Source of the DNA: Acinetobacter phage vB_AbaM_ME3
Reading direction: 5' to 3' (one strand)
DNA length: 64,000 nucleotides
Sequence record: KU935715.1
Shown here piece by piece: positions 55,400-64,000 of this stretch; the stretch's first letter is position 1, and every line of letters begins with the position of its first letter. Below the pieces are notes generated by a model that was not told the origin of the DNA, made no database searches, and saw only the letters and a program-made list of their open reading frames with translations. The position numbers were made by a program, and so were the translations under genes.

Positions 55400-56845
55400 T
55401 TATGTTCTTTGTTGAAAACCAAAACCAGTATTTACTAATTCTGTGCTTTCATTTTCACGTCTACCTGCTAATAAAGCAAATAGATTAGCTAAAGTAATAC
55501 GATCTGGAAGACTTTCTTCTAAGTCTAAACGATCACAACGATTTAGTACTTTAACTGCTTGTTCTTTATGCAATGCATCTACATGAATAGCTTTATAGCA
55601 ACGGCCTTCACGTAATAGAGCTTCATCAACATCTGCTAAATTATTTAAGTTAGAAGTAAAGATAACTTTCTTTTCTTTCTTAGCTGTTAATCCATCAGTG
55701 ATGTTAAGAAGTTTTTTCATCACTTCATTACCATCTTTCTGACGACTATTAATATAAGTATCAGCATCTTCAATAATTAAGAATCGTTCATCACTATCAT
55801 AGAAATGAGAGAATAACGAATCCATATTAGCAATATCTTTATTGTATGTGATTAAACAAGATTCATTAGCATAATGTAAAATTTGCTTTAATAAACTTGT
55901 TTTACCAGTACCTGGAGCTCCATACAATAATAACACAGCTGAATCAGATTCTAAATAGCCATTAATAAAATCTTGAAGATTAATATCATTTAAGAAAGGA
56001 TAAGCTTCTTCAATAAAAGTCTTATTACGAGGAATTGGAATAGTTTTAATATTCAAATCACCTGACTGTGTAATACGATCAACCCATTGAACTTCAACTG
56101 TCTTAGGTTTTAATTCTAATAAAGGGTGAAGTTCTTCAGCTAATGTAGTAGGCATGATTGCATTATTAATAAAGTAATCAGCAGGAACCTTATGAGTATG
56201 TTCAATAGATATAAAACCACCATCCATTAAAATCTCATAATGCTTTTGAAGCTTTTCACCATAATGAGTAAATACTGTTAAAGCTTTTGATTTAGCAAAT
56301 TCTAAAATAGCTTCAAATGATGCTTTTGTAATTTCAGTATATGTATAAGTAGATAAAGGAATTCCTTTATCTAAAGAATTTTGTTGAATATTAACTAGGT
56401 ACTGCATACCGAATGAAGCAGTAACAATACTAGGACTTAAATTATTTTGAGAAGTCATTGGAGGGCTCATAGGAATATTATATACAGGTACTTTAGTATA
56501 AGCTGGATTTACATCTGGTGAATGATAATAGTTAGGACCACTTACTGCGTAGACATGCTTGCCTGTATAAGATACTTGAAGATCATATGAATCTCTGGGG
56601 TTAGCATTGTACTGTGGACCAACCCCTGTAAGAGTATTATAAATAGACTTATTAAAACTTGAAGCAGTAATTTGTCTTAAAAAAGTTCTATAATACATAG
56701 ATACGTAACTAATACGATCATATGAATTTAACTCTCCAAACTCATTATTAACAGTTGGAGAAACACCTTCAACAATTTTAAAAGCGTTTCTAAATATAGA
56801 CATTATTTGAAATGGTCTATGTCTTCGAAGAGTTACTCTTGCCAT
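55400..56845 (-). CDS. classic AAA-family ATPase with a ~300-aa N-terminal domain of unknown function (BCS1-like layout)
   Basis: Walker A LLYGAPGTGKTS, Walker B FLIIEDAD, SRH FTSNLNNLADVDEALLREGRCYKAIHV. Confidence 0.75.
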   Translation of the reverse strand: MARVTLRRHRPFQIMSIFRNAFKIVEGVSPTVNNEFGELNSYDRISYVSMYYRTFLRQITASSFNKSIYNTLTGVGPQYNANPRDSYDLQVSYTGKHVYAVSGPNYYHSPDVNPAYTKVPVYNIPMSPPMTSQNNLSPSIVTASFGMQYLVNIQQNSLDKGIPLSTYTYTEITKASFEAILEFAKSKALTVFTHYGEKLQKHYEILMDGGFISIEHTHKVPADYFINNAIMPTTLAEELHPLLELKPKTVEVQWVDRITQSGDLNIKTIPIPRNKTFIEEAYPFLNDINLQDFINGYLESDSAVLLLYGAPGTGKTSLLKQILHYANESCLITYNKDIANMDSLFSHFYDSDERFLIIEDADTYINSRQKDGNEVMKKLLNITDGLTAKKEKKVIFTSNLNNLADVDEALLREGRCYKAIHVDALHKEQAVKVLNRCDRLDLEESLPDRITLANLFALLAGRRENESTELVNTGFGFQQRT

Positions 56846-56851
56846 ATTATA

Positions 56852-57040
56852 CTATTCACTTTTAAATTGCTTAATCATGTATGTGTTATGTTCATTCAAG
56901 AAATCATTCATAATTTGTAGTGTTTCTACATCTTGAGTTAACTTTTGATTTTCTTTAGTTAACTCGTCACATTTTTGATTAAGAACATAAATCGCTGCTA
57001 ATAATAAAAGAATAACAGAGATAACAAGACTAACCAGCAT
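56852..57040 (-). CDS. single-pass membrane peptide with a coiled-coil tail
   Basis: MLVSLVISVILLLLAAIYVL TM. Confidence 0.5.
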   Translation of the reverse strand: MLVSLVISVILLLLAAIYVLNQKCDELTKENQKLTQDVETLQIMNDFLNEHNTYMIKQFKSE

Positions 57041-57041
57041 A

Positions 57042-57731
57042 TTAATTCTCTTCTACAGAAGGCGCTACTGTAGCGCCTTTAAGAGCAGCTAAACGTTCTT
57101 GAGCTGATTTTTGAGTAGTATTGTATTTCTTAACTACTTCTTGACCAACTGGTTTAGTCTTCTCTTTTACACGTTTAATACCCTTATAACGAGAAGACAT
57201 TTCATCAGCATCGCGACGAACTTGTTCAATTTGGGCACGTAATCCATTAGGAATACTATCAGAGTGAAGTTCAATTAATGCTTTAGCAGCATCATAACGT
57301 ACTTCAGCTAATGTAAGCGTTTGCTGTGCTTGAACAATGTCTTCATCAATTGTTTTAAGCTCTTCTTCTAGATCTTTAGAATGTTCTACAAAAAGATCTA
57401 AAGTAGATTGTAATACTTCTAGTTCTCTTTCAGCAGCATCTAATTCACTTGCAATTATTTCTACATCTGAAGTATTACCTTCAGCATCAGCTTGTAATAA
57501 AGCTGAATTTAAAGCTTCAATTTGTTTTTGAGCTTCTACTACTTTACCTTCATATAAAGCCGCTTTACCTTCTGTAGTTTCAAAAGTTTTAACTACAGCA
57601 CAACGAGCTTCATTATATTGCTTTAAAATACGATGACTACGATTTTTAATTGAATCTAATTCATCTAATGTACGATCTAATTTAGATCCAAAAATTAAGA
57701 AGAATTTTTTGAGTAACTTAAAAAAGTTCAT
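57042..57731 (-). CDS. PspA/IM30/Vipp1-like (ESCRT-III superfamily) coiled-coil protein
   Basis: 229 aa; N-terminal amphipathic MNFFKLLKKFFLIFGSKL then long heptad coiled coils, matching PspA size and pattern. Confidence 0.45.
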   Translation of the reverse strand: MNFFKLLKKFFLIFGSKLDRTLDELDSIKNRSHRILKQYNEARCAVVKTFETTEGKAALYEGKVVEAQKQIEALNSALLQADAEGNTSDVEIIASELDAAERELEVLQSTLDLFVEHSKDLEEELKTIDEDIVQAQQTLTLAEVRYDAAKALIELHSDSIPNGLRAQIEQVRRDADEMSSRYKGIKRVKEKTKPVGQEVVKKYNTTQKSAQERLAALKGATVAPSVEEN

Positions 57732-57733
57732 GA

Positions 57734-58144
57734 TTATTCCTTTGTATATCTACGAATTAGTTGTTCACGTCTTGAACCAGTAGTTGACGTATTTAAGAGA
57801 GAAGCTAAAGTTTCAGGATTAAATATCACAGCTGTCTTTTCTCCTCCCATTATCTTATTACGATTAATAGTATCGAATAGAACATGAACTGCTTTAGGAC
57901 AAGTTTTTGGATAATTACTCTTTTGTTTTTCAAGCTTATTATACAACTTAGTAATAGTTGGAAATTCATAAGGATTGAAACCTAACAAACGAGTAACTGT
58001 ATCTGTATATGATTCAATTGTCTCTTCTACTGGTGCAGGAATTCTTTTTAATTTTTTATAACGTTTAAATAAAAATACAATTACAAAAAATAGACATTGT
58101 GCTAGAAGAAGTCCTAGACAAAATGCAGCAATTTTCTCACCCAT
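57734..58144 (-). CDS. N-terminally membrane-anchored protein
   Basis: TM AAFCLGLLLAQCLFFVIVFLF. Confidence 0.5.
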   Translation of the reverse strand: MGEKIAAFCLGLLLAQCLFFVIVFLFKRYKKLKRIPAPVEETIESYTDTVTRLLGFNPYEFPTITKLYNKLEKQKSNYPKTCPKAVHVLFDTINRNKIMGGEKTAVIFNPETLASLLNTSTTGSRREQLIRRYTKE

Positions 58145-58676
58145 GTAAATTTACCTTTTTATATTTCTTAATTGAAAAAGAGACCCCAGAAGAAGAGACT
58201 TTATCTTCTTGTTCTACTAACTGGAATTCAGAAGTATCTAAGTTATGATTATAGAACTTATTACCATTTTCAATTTCAATACCTACTACTGTAGCTATTA
58301 CTTCATCTGGCGGGTAAGACTCATATACTTTTTCACCACCTACTATAAGAATCTCTTCATTAGGATTAGCTTTAATATAATGATCCAATATTGGTTTAGT
58401 CCAATAAGAAATATTATTAGAATCTAATCCATAATCATCAATTAATTGTTGGGCTTTAATTGGATTTTGAGTAATAACTACAATATTACGCCCAGGAAGA
58501 ACTTCATGACTTTTTGCATAACCCACTACACTACGAAAAGTATTACTTCCCATATAAATAGTTTTTCCTAAAGTTAATTCTTTAAAGAGTTTTAAGTCTT
58601 CAGGTAAATGCCAAGGAAGACCATTGTCAATTCCAATTACATCATTTAAAGATTTAGCTACAATATGTTTAATCAT
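58137..58676 (-). CDS. dihydrofolate reductase
   Basis: IGIDNGLPWHLPEDLKLFKELTLGKTIYMGSNTF plus the C-terminal ILIVGGEKVY (GG motif). Confidence 0.8.
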   Translation of the reverse strand: MIKHIVAKSLNDVIGIDNGLPWHLPEDLKLFKELTLGKTIYMGSNTFRSVVGYAKSHEVLPGRNIVVITQNPIKAQQLIDDYGLDSNNISYWTKPILDHYIKANPNEEILIVGGEKVYESYPPDEVIATVVGIEIENGNKFYNHNLDTSEFQLVEQEDKVSSSGVSFSIKKYKKVNLHG

Positions 58677-58678
58677 GG

Positions 58679-59017
58679 TTAATCCTCTAGAAGATCTCTA
58701 AAAATTTGTTCTCTTGTTCGTCCTGTCGTTAAATTAGGAACACGTCCATATTCAGAAAAATCAGAAGGTATTACCCTTGAATTCCTAAGTCTTGTACGAC
58801 TTTCTTCTCGGACATAATACTCATTAAATAGACGAGCATCAGTAGGAGGTAGACAACTAACAGAGCCTATTTCAGTCATAGTTGCCAGTAGTTCTTGAAT
58901 TTCTTTTGCCCATAAAGGATCATCTCTAACAATTTTCTTAAATTTAAGAAATGTTCCTTTTTTCTTCGATGGAGGATAGAAAAAAGGAAACCCTATAGTT
59001 GTAATATCATCCATCAT
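58679..59017 (-). CDS. hypothetical protein
   Basis: ORF track. Confidence 0.5.
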   Translation of the reverse strand: MMDDITTIGFPFFYPPSKKKGTFLKFKKIVRDDPLWAKEIQELLATMTEIGSVSCLPPTDARLFNEYYVREESRTRLRNSRVIPSDFSEYGRVPNLTTGRTREQIFRDLLED

Positions 59018-59417
59018 TTAGATAAGTCTCCAAGCAAGGATTAATACCTTCAGTAGTACCTGTAATTAACGTAGGTTGTCTTATAGGATAAGATGCTGAA
59101 GTTAATGTAAACATTGGAGGACTATAAGCTGTATTTAATTCAGCTCTTTGTGGTCTATACCTATCAGATAACATATATCCATAAAGTTGATCAAGTAAAA
59201 GATCATTTATTAATTTGGAAGTTTCATTCCAAGAACCTTCATACACACCATCTAGCCAACATTTAGAATCTTCTTCTATTAAAGGATTAGTATGAACAGT
59301 AGTCTTAAATTTATTAAGTTTTTGACCTTTATCTTTTTGTTCTTCAGGCTTGGTATATTTATAATATTTAATTTGAATAGGAGTTTCTAGTCTCCAATTT
59401 GAATAATCTCTTCTCAT
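59007..59417 (-). CDS. hypothetical protein
   Basis: ORF track. Confidence 0.5.
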   Translation of the reverse strand: MRRDYSNWRLETPIQIKYYKYTKPEEQKDKGQKLNKFKTTVHTNPLIEEDSKCWLDGVYEGSWNETSKLINDLLLDQLYGYMLSDRYRPQRAELNTAYSPPMFTLTSASYPIRQPTLITGTTEGINPCLETYLNDG

Positions 59418-59425
59418 GAATTCCT

Positions 59426-59638
59426 TTAATATGTAATTGTTTTATGTTTTATATTACCACATTTTTTACATTGTTTAATAAAGGAAACACCATAAGGAAT
59501 AGATTCATCTTTTTCGACTAAACTAATTTCTTTAACAACAACGTATTCATGTTTACAACTTAAAAATCTTGAGTACACTATAAACATACATAACGAGAAA
59601 AAGAAGCCAATAAATAATCCAATTATTTCATTAATCAT
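59426..59638 (-). CDS. small membrane protein with C-terminal Zn ribbon
   Basis: TM plus CKHEY...CKKCGN. Confidence 0.45.
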   Translation of the reverse strand: MINEIIGLFIGFFFSLCMFIVYSRFLSCKHEYVVVKEISLVEKDESIPYGVSFIKQCKKCGNIKHKTITY

Positions 59639-59647
59639 ATTAACTCC

Positions 59648-60139
59648 TTAATAAGAGTTAAACACATCTACACTACCATCTGGCTTAATGTGGTATGTCT
59701 CTTTTTTATTTTTTATTGAGTAATTTAATGTATACCATGTCCCACTTAATTTAGGAGATGGGTCTTCGTTTTCTAAAGTAATAGCAATCATAATAGAAGA
59801 TTCATTAACAATATCTCTATTACGAGCAAAGTAAGTTTTATCTTCTCTTACTTGATCACTTTTAAAATCACCTACCAATTTCTTACTGACTGGTGGATGA
59901 GCAACAACAGTAAAGTCATAAAGATCTTTTACTAGTTTTGCAGCTTGAGTATCAACTCCAATACAATCTCCTTGATGAAAGGTATCAAGCATTGGATATC
60001 GTTCTAGTAGTTTAGCTACAACAGAGAGGAAAGCCTTCTGTTGTAGCTTATTCATACCTTGACGAGTACCTGTGATACCTAAATCAGTAATCTTCACCTT
60101 GGATACCATAAGTAACTCCATTGATATTTGAAACACCAT
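59648..60139 (-). CDS. hypothetical protein, possibly SLOG/DprA-like Rossmann fold
   Basis: GITGTRQG...HQGDCIGVD; weak. Confidence 0.4.
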   Translation of the reverse strand: MVFQISMELLMVSKVKITDLGITGTRQGMNKLQQKAFLSVVAKLLERYPMLDTFHQGDCIGVDTQAAKLVKDLYDFTVVAHPPVSKKLVGDFKSDQVREDKTYFARNRDIVNESSIMIAITLENEDPSPKLSGTWYTLNYSIKNKKETYHIKPDGSVDVFNSY

Positions 60140-60737
60140 ACATTTTAAGTTCTTTTTTATTTAACTGACGATCATAGTGTTGGACTACAGGATAATATTC
60201 GTAATTATAACAACGAAGTTCTGGATTCCAAATTCTTTTAGATGCAGTAAACCAATAAAACATATATGGTGAAGGTTTATAAAAATACCCATCTTTTAAA
60301 ATTAATTTAACACCTTTTACATTTATTTCAAAGCGACCTTTCTCTTTCAATTTAGAAGGAGACCAACGACAAGAAGGATAACGAGATCGTACTAAGATTC
60401 CATTTTCAATTTTAAAATCAAATGGTCGATAACTAATAACACCTTTTTCAAGATCTTTTAAGTAATGTAATGACCAATTCTTGAAAAATTTATTATGTTT
60501 AAACTTAGAATTATTAATAACCTTATATCTAACTTCAGAGAAAGGTTTATTCTCATATTTAGCTAAAAGTCTTTCAAAGTAGTTTCTAACTTGATCAAAA
60601 TTATTGTGTTCAATACGAGCTACTTTGAAATCAATATAATCCCAATAGTTTTGTTTCTTGTGTTGTAATGTAAAACTTTCTTTTGTATAGATAGGTAGTT
60701 TAGATAGCTTTTCAGCTTTTTGATAGCAATTATTCAT
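60084..60737 (-). CDS. hypothetical protein (217 aa)
   Basis: ORF track; overlaps the downstream gene by 56 nt. Confidence 0.5.
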   Translation of the reverse strand: MNNCYQKAEKLSKLPIYTKESFTLQHKKQNYWDYIDFKVARIEHNNFDQVRNYFERLLAKYENKPFSEVRYKVINNSKFKHNKFFKNWSLHYLKDLEKGVISYRPFDFKIENGILVRSRYPSCRWSPSKLKEKGRFEINVKGVKLILKDGYFYKPSPYMFYWFTASKRIWNPELRCYNYEYYPVVQHYDRQLNKKELKMYGVSNINGVTYGIQGEDY

Positions 60738-60801
60738 TTACACCTCCGTTAGTAATTGCACTAATGAGGGTGTAAACTCCTATGATTAAATAAAATCATA
60801 A

Positions 60802-61395
60802 TTAACGACGAGAGGAACGACTACTACTTCGAGTACTATATGACTTAGTTTTTGATAAGGTTGTATAAGACTTTTTAGTAGTAATATTAATAGGTTTCCT
60901 ACTAACTGTTTGAGGAGCTTTTTTAAGACTCACAGTCGAGGGAATAGAGCTAATAGTGGAAGGTTTATTAGCGGGCAAAGAAGTTTTAGATGGACTATCA
61001 GTAGAAGTAGTCTTTACTGGTTGACTATTGTAATTGTTAACTACAACAGTCTTTTTAACCACAGTTTGTTTAGGTTGTCTAACATAATTCTTACGATCAT
61101 AATCATTAGAATTATTAGCAATCATATGACCAGCTACAGCACCTGCAATACCAGAAAGTAAAACATCACTACCAGTATAACCACTCTGAGAAGCTACAGC
61201 TTGAGCTTGCTGAGGGTTTTGTTGGTATTGGGTAGTAAGAGCAACCCATTCATCTAACGTGCCTGTATATCCATCTGATTGAGCTTGCTTGTACGTAGTA
61301 ACAATTTTACTACTTTCATAACTCTCTGGAGCTTTTGTACAACCAACAAAAGACATAGATATAGCAATTACAGAACAAAGAAAAAACTTTTTCAT
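60802..61395 (-). CDS. lipoprotein with Ser/Thr/Lys-rich C-terminal tail
   Basis: Lipobox SFVGC; low-complexity STS-rich tail. Confidence 0.55.
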   Translation of the reverse strand: MKKFFLCSVIAISMSFVGCTKAPESYESSKIVTTYKQAQSDGYTGTLDEWVALTTQYQQNPQQAQAVASQSGYTGSDVLLSGIAGAVAGHMIANNSNDYDRKNYVRQPKQTVVKKTVVVNNYNSQPVKTTSTDSPSKTSLPANKPSTISSIPSTVSLKKAPQTVSRKPINITTKKSYTTLSKTKSYSTRSSSRSSRR

Positions 61396-61438
61396 TTCAA
61401 TTTCCTTAAAAAATAAAATTTAATACAACAGTAAGTAT

Positions 61439-61750
61439 TCATTTAATAACAACTATATCTATTTCAGTTGTAATTTGAATTGTTAAAGGGGTAAAAGAAT
61501 TAATAATAGAATCTATTCCAATATTAGAATATTCTTTAAAATCTAATTTGTGATTTAAAGGAAAACGAGTAGCATGATTAATACTATCTGTATAAGTAAT
61601 GTAGTGATGTAGCTGATTAAAAGCTTCTCGAAATTCAATTACTTTTAAATAACGACCTTTTAAATCTTTATATATTTGGTGTTGAACTACTTCTTTAGTT
61701 TTTAAACCATTAGGAAGTTCACCACTACCATACCCATCCCACATTTCCAT
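61439..61750 (-). CDS. hypothetical protein
   Basis: ORF track. Confidence 0.5.
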   Translation of the reverse strand: MEMWDGYGSGELPNGLKTKEVVQHQIYKDLKGRYLKVIEFREAFNQLHHYITYTDSINHATRFPLNHKLDFKEYSNIGIDSIINSFTPLTIQITTEIDIVVIK

Positions 61751-61762
61751 GCTATACCTCGT

Positions 61763-62254
61763 TTAACGAACATAAAAGAAAGCTATAAGAAGACAAATAC
61801 AAATAACTAATATAACTGCTAGAATATTTGTATAGTCTTTAGGCTTATCTTTTTCCATTTTAAGTTTAGCTTTAGCCTGACACTTATTCCAAATTTCTTG
61901 ATCTCTCACATGACAATCATATACATAATCAAAGAAATTACGGTTGTTTGTAAAAGCTTGAGAAAGATTTCTAAAAAGGTTTTCTTCTGTGTATCCCGTT
62001 TGAACTGTTGTAGTTAAAGCTTGATTAACAGATACTACAAGAGAATCAGGAATTTTATGGTCATTATAATATGAAGCAAATCCATATTTATAACGTAACC
62101 ACCAATATCCCATATGTCTAACTTGTAAAGCATTTAATTGTTTAAAAACTTTTGTATGACATGCAACTATAGTTTTAGCTGAAGGATTTGTTTTGCAGTA
62201 ATGTAAATACTGTTCATGCCAGCTATCTCTTAATTCTTCTTCAGTTAGCATCAT
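61763..62254 (-). CDS. C-terminally membrane-anchored protein
   Basis: C-terminal TM ILAVILVICICLLIAFFYV. Confidence 0.5.
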   Translation of the reverse strand: MMLTEEELRDSWHEQYLHYCKTNPSAKTIVACHTKVFKQLNALQVRHMGYWWLRYKYGFASYYNDHKIPDSLVVSVNQALTTTVQTGYTEENLFRNLSQAFTNNRNFFDYVYDCHVRDQEIWNKCQAKAKLKMEKDKPKDYTNILAVILVICICLLIAFFYVR

Positions 62255-62453
62255 CTTCTAATATCTCAATAAAAGGGTGTTGATTTCCAGAGGAATCAAT
62301 AAGCGTAACACCTACATGATTCCCATCATCCCCTTTAAAACCAACATATACAGCTGTAAAGCTAATAACTTTATTAACTACAGTGTAAGGCTTATTGATA
62401 GAAACTTTTCCACCAAATGTAAGATAAGGTTGTTCAGTAAATTGAATAATCAT
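62241..62453 (-). CDS. hypothetical protein
   Basis: ORF track. Confidence 0.5.
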   Translation of the reverse strand: MIIQFTEQPYLTFGGKVSINKPYTVVNKVISFTAVYVGFKGDDGNHVGVTLIDSSGNQHPFIEILEDDAN

Positions 62454-62851
62454 GTATAAATTCCAACTCGTAATTTCTCTGAAAGTTTTAAATCATAGTC
62501 ATTGAAAGCACCAGCTCCATAAAGAACATGAGTTCTTTCTTCTAAACTTTGAAGAATTTTATAACGAAGAGTAGAAGCGTATTCAATATCTTGATGAATT
62601 CCAGGTCGAACAAAGTTACACCAATTAATGTACATTGTAAAAAACTCTGAATTATCAATTGGCTCTTTTATTCTTAAGAACTGTTCTACTTCTTCAACTT
62701 TAAATATTTGCTCAGTCTTAGAGTAAGTATTAAAGAATGTATAAGAAACAATTTCACCTTTTTCATTCTTTGTTATCTTACGACATACAAATCGAATCCA
62801 ATGCTTAGCTTCTACTTGAATTATGTATTCACGTTCTTTTCTGAAATTCAT
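62450..62851 (-). CDS. hypothetical protein
   Basis: ORF track. Confidence 0.5.
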   Translation of the reverse strand: MNFRKEREYIIQVEAKHWIRFVCRKITKNEKGEIVSYTFFNTYSKTEQIFKVEEVEQFLRIKEPIDNSEFFTMYINWCNFVRPGIHQDIEYASTLRYKILQSLEERTHVLYGAGAFNDYDLKLSEKLRVGIYT

Positions 62852-62854
62852 AAC

Positions 62855-63112
62855 TTAACCTTTATAGTTTTTTAAAACTACTAAACATTTATCCCAATTC
62901 TCTTGAGCACCATTCCAAAAGCCAACTGATGTATCAAATATTTTACTTAACTTCTTACAATCTTTGTCAGTTAATTTTCTTCCACTTGTAACTAATGTTA
63001 CAAGATAATTGATGTGCTTTTTACGAATATTGCCAACTTGTAATTGCATACAAAGCATTTTTAAAATTGCTTCATAAGGATTATCAGGTTTAAGTGGAGT
63101 AATAAGACTCAC
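62855..63112 (-). CDS. hypothetical protein
   Basis: ORF track. Confidence 0.5.
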   Translation of the reverse strand: MSLITPLKPDNPYEAILKMLCMQLQVGNIRKKHINYLVTLVTSGRKLTDKDCKKLSKIFDTSVGFWNGAQENWDKCLVVLKNYKG

Positions 63113-63525
63113 GAGATTTCCTTAAAACTTAAGTCGTTATTAAATAAAACAACTCGGATAGCGACAATATGAGGAACTGCACCCATTGAATTTGAATTGC
63201 AAAGGTCTGTATCAACATCCCACAATCCTGTTAATCCTTTCGTATCAAGGATCTCTTGATAACGATTAATTAAACTACGATCAATTAGATTACATTCTTC
63301 ATCAATAGTAGGATGATACTCAATTGTAATTTCTTCTAAAATCTTAGAGTACACATCTGAAGGTTGCCAAGTTCCATCTATATAGACATGCTGTTGTTCA
63401 TTTTCCTTGGCAATGAAGATTGTTCCATACTTATCAGCACATAAACAATGAGTTGCATATTTCCAAGGCTTTTTATTCATGTCATCAGTGATAAGCATAA
63501 TGCACCTATTGAGATTTAGGAACAT
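63109..63525 (-). CDS. hypothetical protein
   Basis: ORF track. Confidence 0.5.
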   Translation of the reverse strand: MFLNLNRCIMLITDDMNKKPWKYATHCLCADKYGTIFIAKENEQQHVYIDGTWQPSDVYSKILEEITIEYHPTIDEECNLIDRSLINRYQEILDTKGLTGLWDVDTDLCNSNSMGAVPHIVAIRVVLFNNDLSFKEIS

Positions 63526-63937
63526 CCGTTAAGTCGACTTTTACATCAACATCAGGAATAATTGATTGAGGTTTAAAGATAACGCGATAATGGTATGCAC
63601 TTACATTAGCACTATTCAATTGTTCACTAAAGTAAGTAACATTATCAGATAAGCCTAATGAATGTTTTTTATATTCATTAGGCCCAGTCTTACACATTAC
63701 ATCAACTTTACGTCCATTTTCATTAGGAGTAAAAGAACACTTACCTTCAATACTGAGAATGTAATCACTCGTAATCCCATTATAGAACACAATACGACGA
63801 TCAATTTCAAAGTTATCAGCAGCTGTAGCTATATTTTGTGATACTGTTTGAGCATCATTTTGTCCACAAGCTGTTAACGCTAAAGCGGACATAGCAATGC
63901 CAAGTCCAAGAGTTAATTTTTTCATTATACCATCCAA
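63506..63937 (-). CDS. lipoprotein
   Basis: Lipobox LALTAC. Confidence 0.55.
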   Translation of the reverse strand: MDGIMKKLTLGLGIAMSALALTACGQNDAQTVSQNIATAADNFEIDRRIVFYNGITSDYILSIEGKCSFTPNENGRKVDVMCKTGPNEYKKHSLGLSDNVTYFSEQLNSANVSAYHYRVIFKPQSIIPDVDVKVDLTDVPKSQ

Positions 63938-64000
63938 GGTTTAAACCAATGTAAAGAAATTAAATACATAATAAAAAGTATTAACCAAATGCTTAAAGTA

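Noticed and set aside
57042-57731. Calling the coiled-coil protein a tail fibre, SMC or tape-measure fragment
   Set aside because: At 229 aa with an N-terminal amphipathic helix, and in an early-gene context far from any structural module, it fits PspA/IM30 better. It stays a low-confidence assignment.
13154-62459. Remaining plus-strand ORFs (13154..13342, 15360..15608, 18487..18678, 19654..19869, 19787..19984, 21458..21658, 23003..23191, 23193..23384, 31992..32201, 34579..34764, 44409..44624, 52579..52782, 53529..53717, 54316..54513, 57337..57531, 58245..58427, 60910..61161, 62277..62459)
   Set aside because: Each is antisense to, and fully overlapped by, a well-supported minus-strand gene. 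The predicted products are low complexity (Ile/Phe/Ser/Asn-rich). The whole window is transcribed from one strand.
1-64000. Prophage/mobile-element boundaries, integrase, transposase, CRISPR array, rRNA
   Set aside because: No tyrosine or serine recombinase, DDE transposase motif, regularly spaced repeat-spacer array or rRNA-like segment was seen. The window looks like a contiguous early region of a virulent phage genome rather than an island in a bacterial chromosome.

Overview
This window looks like an early or accessory arm of a large virulent tailed phage, apparently with a Gram-negative host. It is AT-rich (roughly 30% GC by eye) and holds about 135 short ORFs, almost all on the minus strand, tiled tightly with ATGA/overlapping start-stop junctions. 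No structural or morphogenesis genes, integrase, transposase, CRISPR array or rRNA were seen. The evidence for a large virulent phage is the strict one-strand tiling, the many lipobox proteins, and genes for PhoH, a Dda-like helicase, DHFR, thioredoxin and a 5'-deoxynucleotidase. Recognisable genes include a PIF1/RecD (Dda-like) helicase, a PhoH-like ATPase, DHFR, a thioredoxin, a GatB/YqeY-domain protein, an NMN adenylyltransferase, an HAD 5'-deoxyribonucleotidase and an HD phosphohydrolase. There is also a Nudix hydrolase, a NADAR/YbiA domain, two calcineurin-like metallophosphoesterases, a histidine phosphatase, a DHH-DHHA1 phosphoesterase and a CCA-adding-type nucleotidyltransferase head domain. 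Others are a vWA protein (possibly Ro60/TROVE-like), a minimal 2-TM potassium channel (TIGYGD filter), two T5orf172/GIY-YIG-like proteins and many lipoproteins and small membrane proteins. The most unusual content is: (1) an operon-like cluster of an E1-like (ThiF/MoeB-family) adenylyltransferase, a 72-aa beta-grasp-like protein ending in Gly, and a 549-aa unknown protein; (2) a PspA/IM30 (ESCRT-III-like) coiled-coil protein next to a 1-TM peptide and a classic AAA ATPase; (3) a 4.4-kb tandem array of about 13 diverged paralogous ~110-aa genes, flanked by NADAR, Nudix, P-loop ATPase and vWA genes; (4) dispersed tRNA or tRNA-like genes, one well formed with a predicted CUA (amber-reading) anticodon and three noncanonical, each lying beside ORF-free blocks of higher GC (the largest 1.34 kb) that look like structured noncoding RNA; (5) long perfect inverted repeats and a heptamer repeat array in intergenic regions. 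All calls come from motif recognition by eye; no database search was run.
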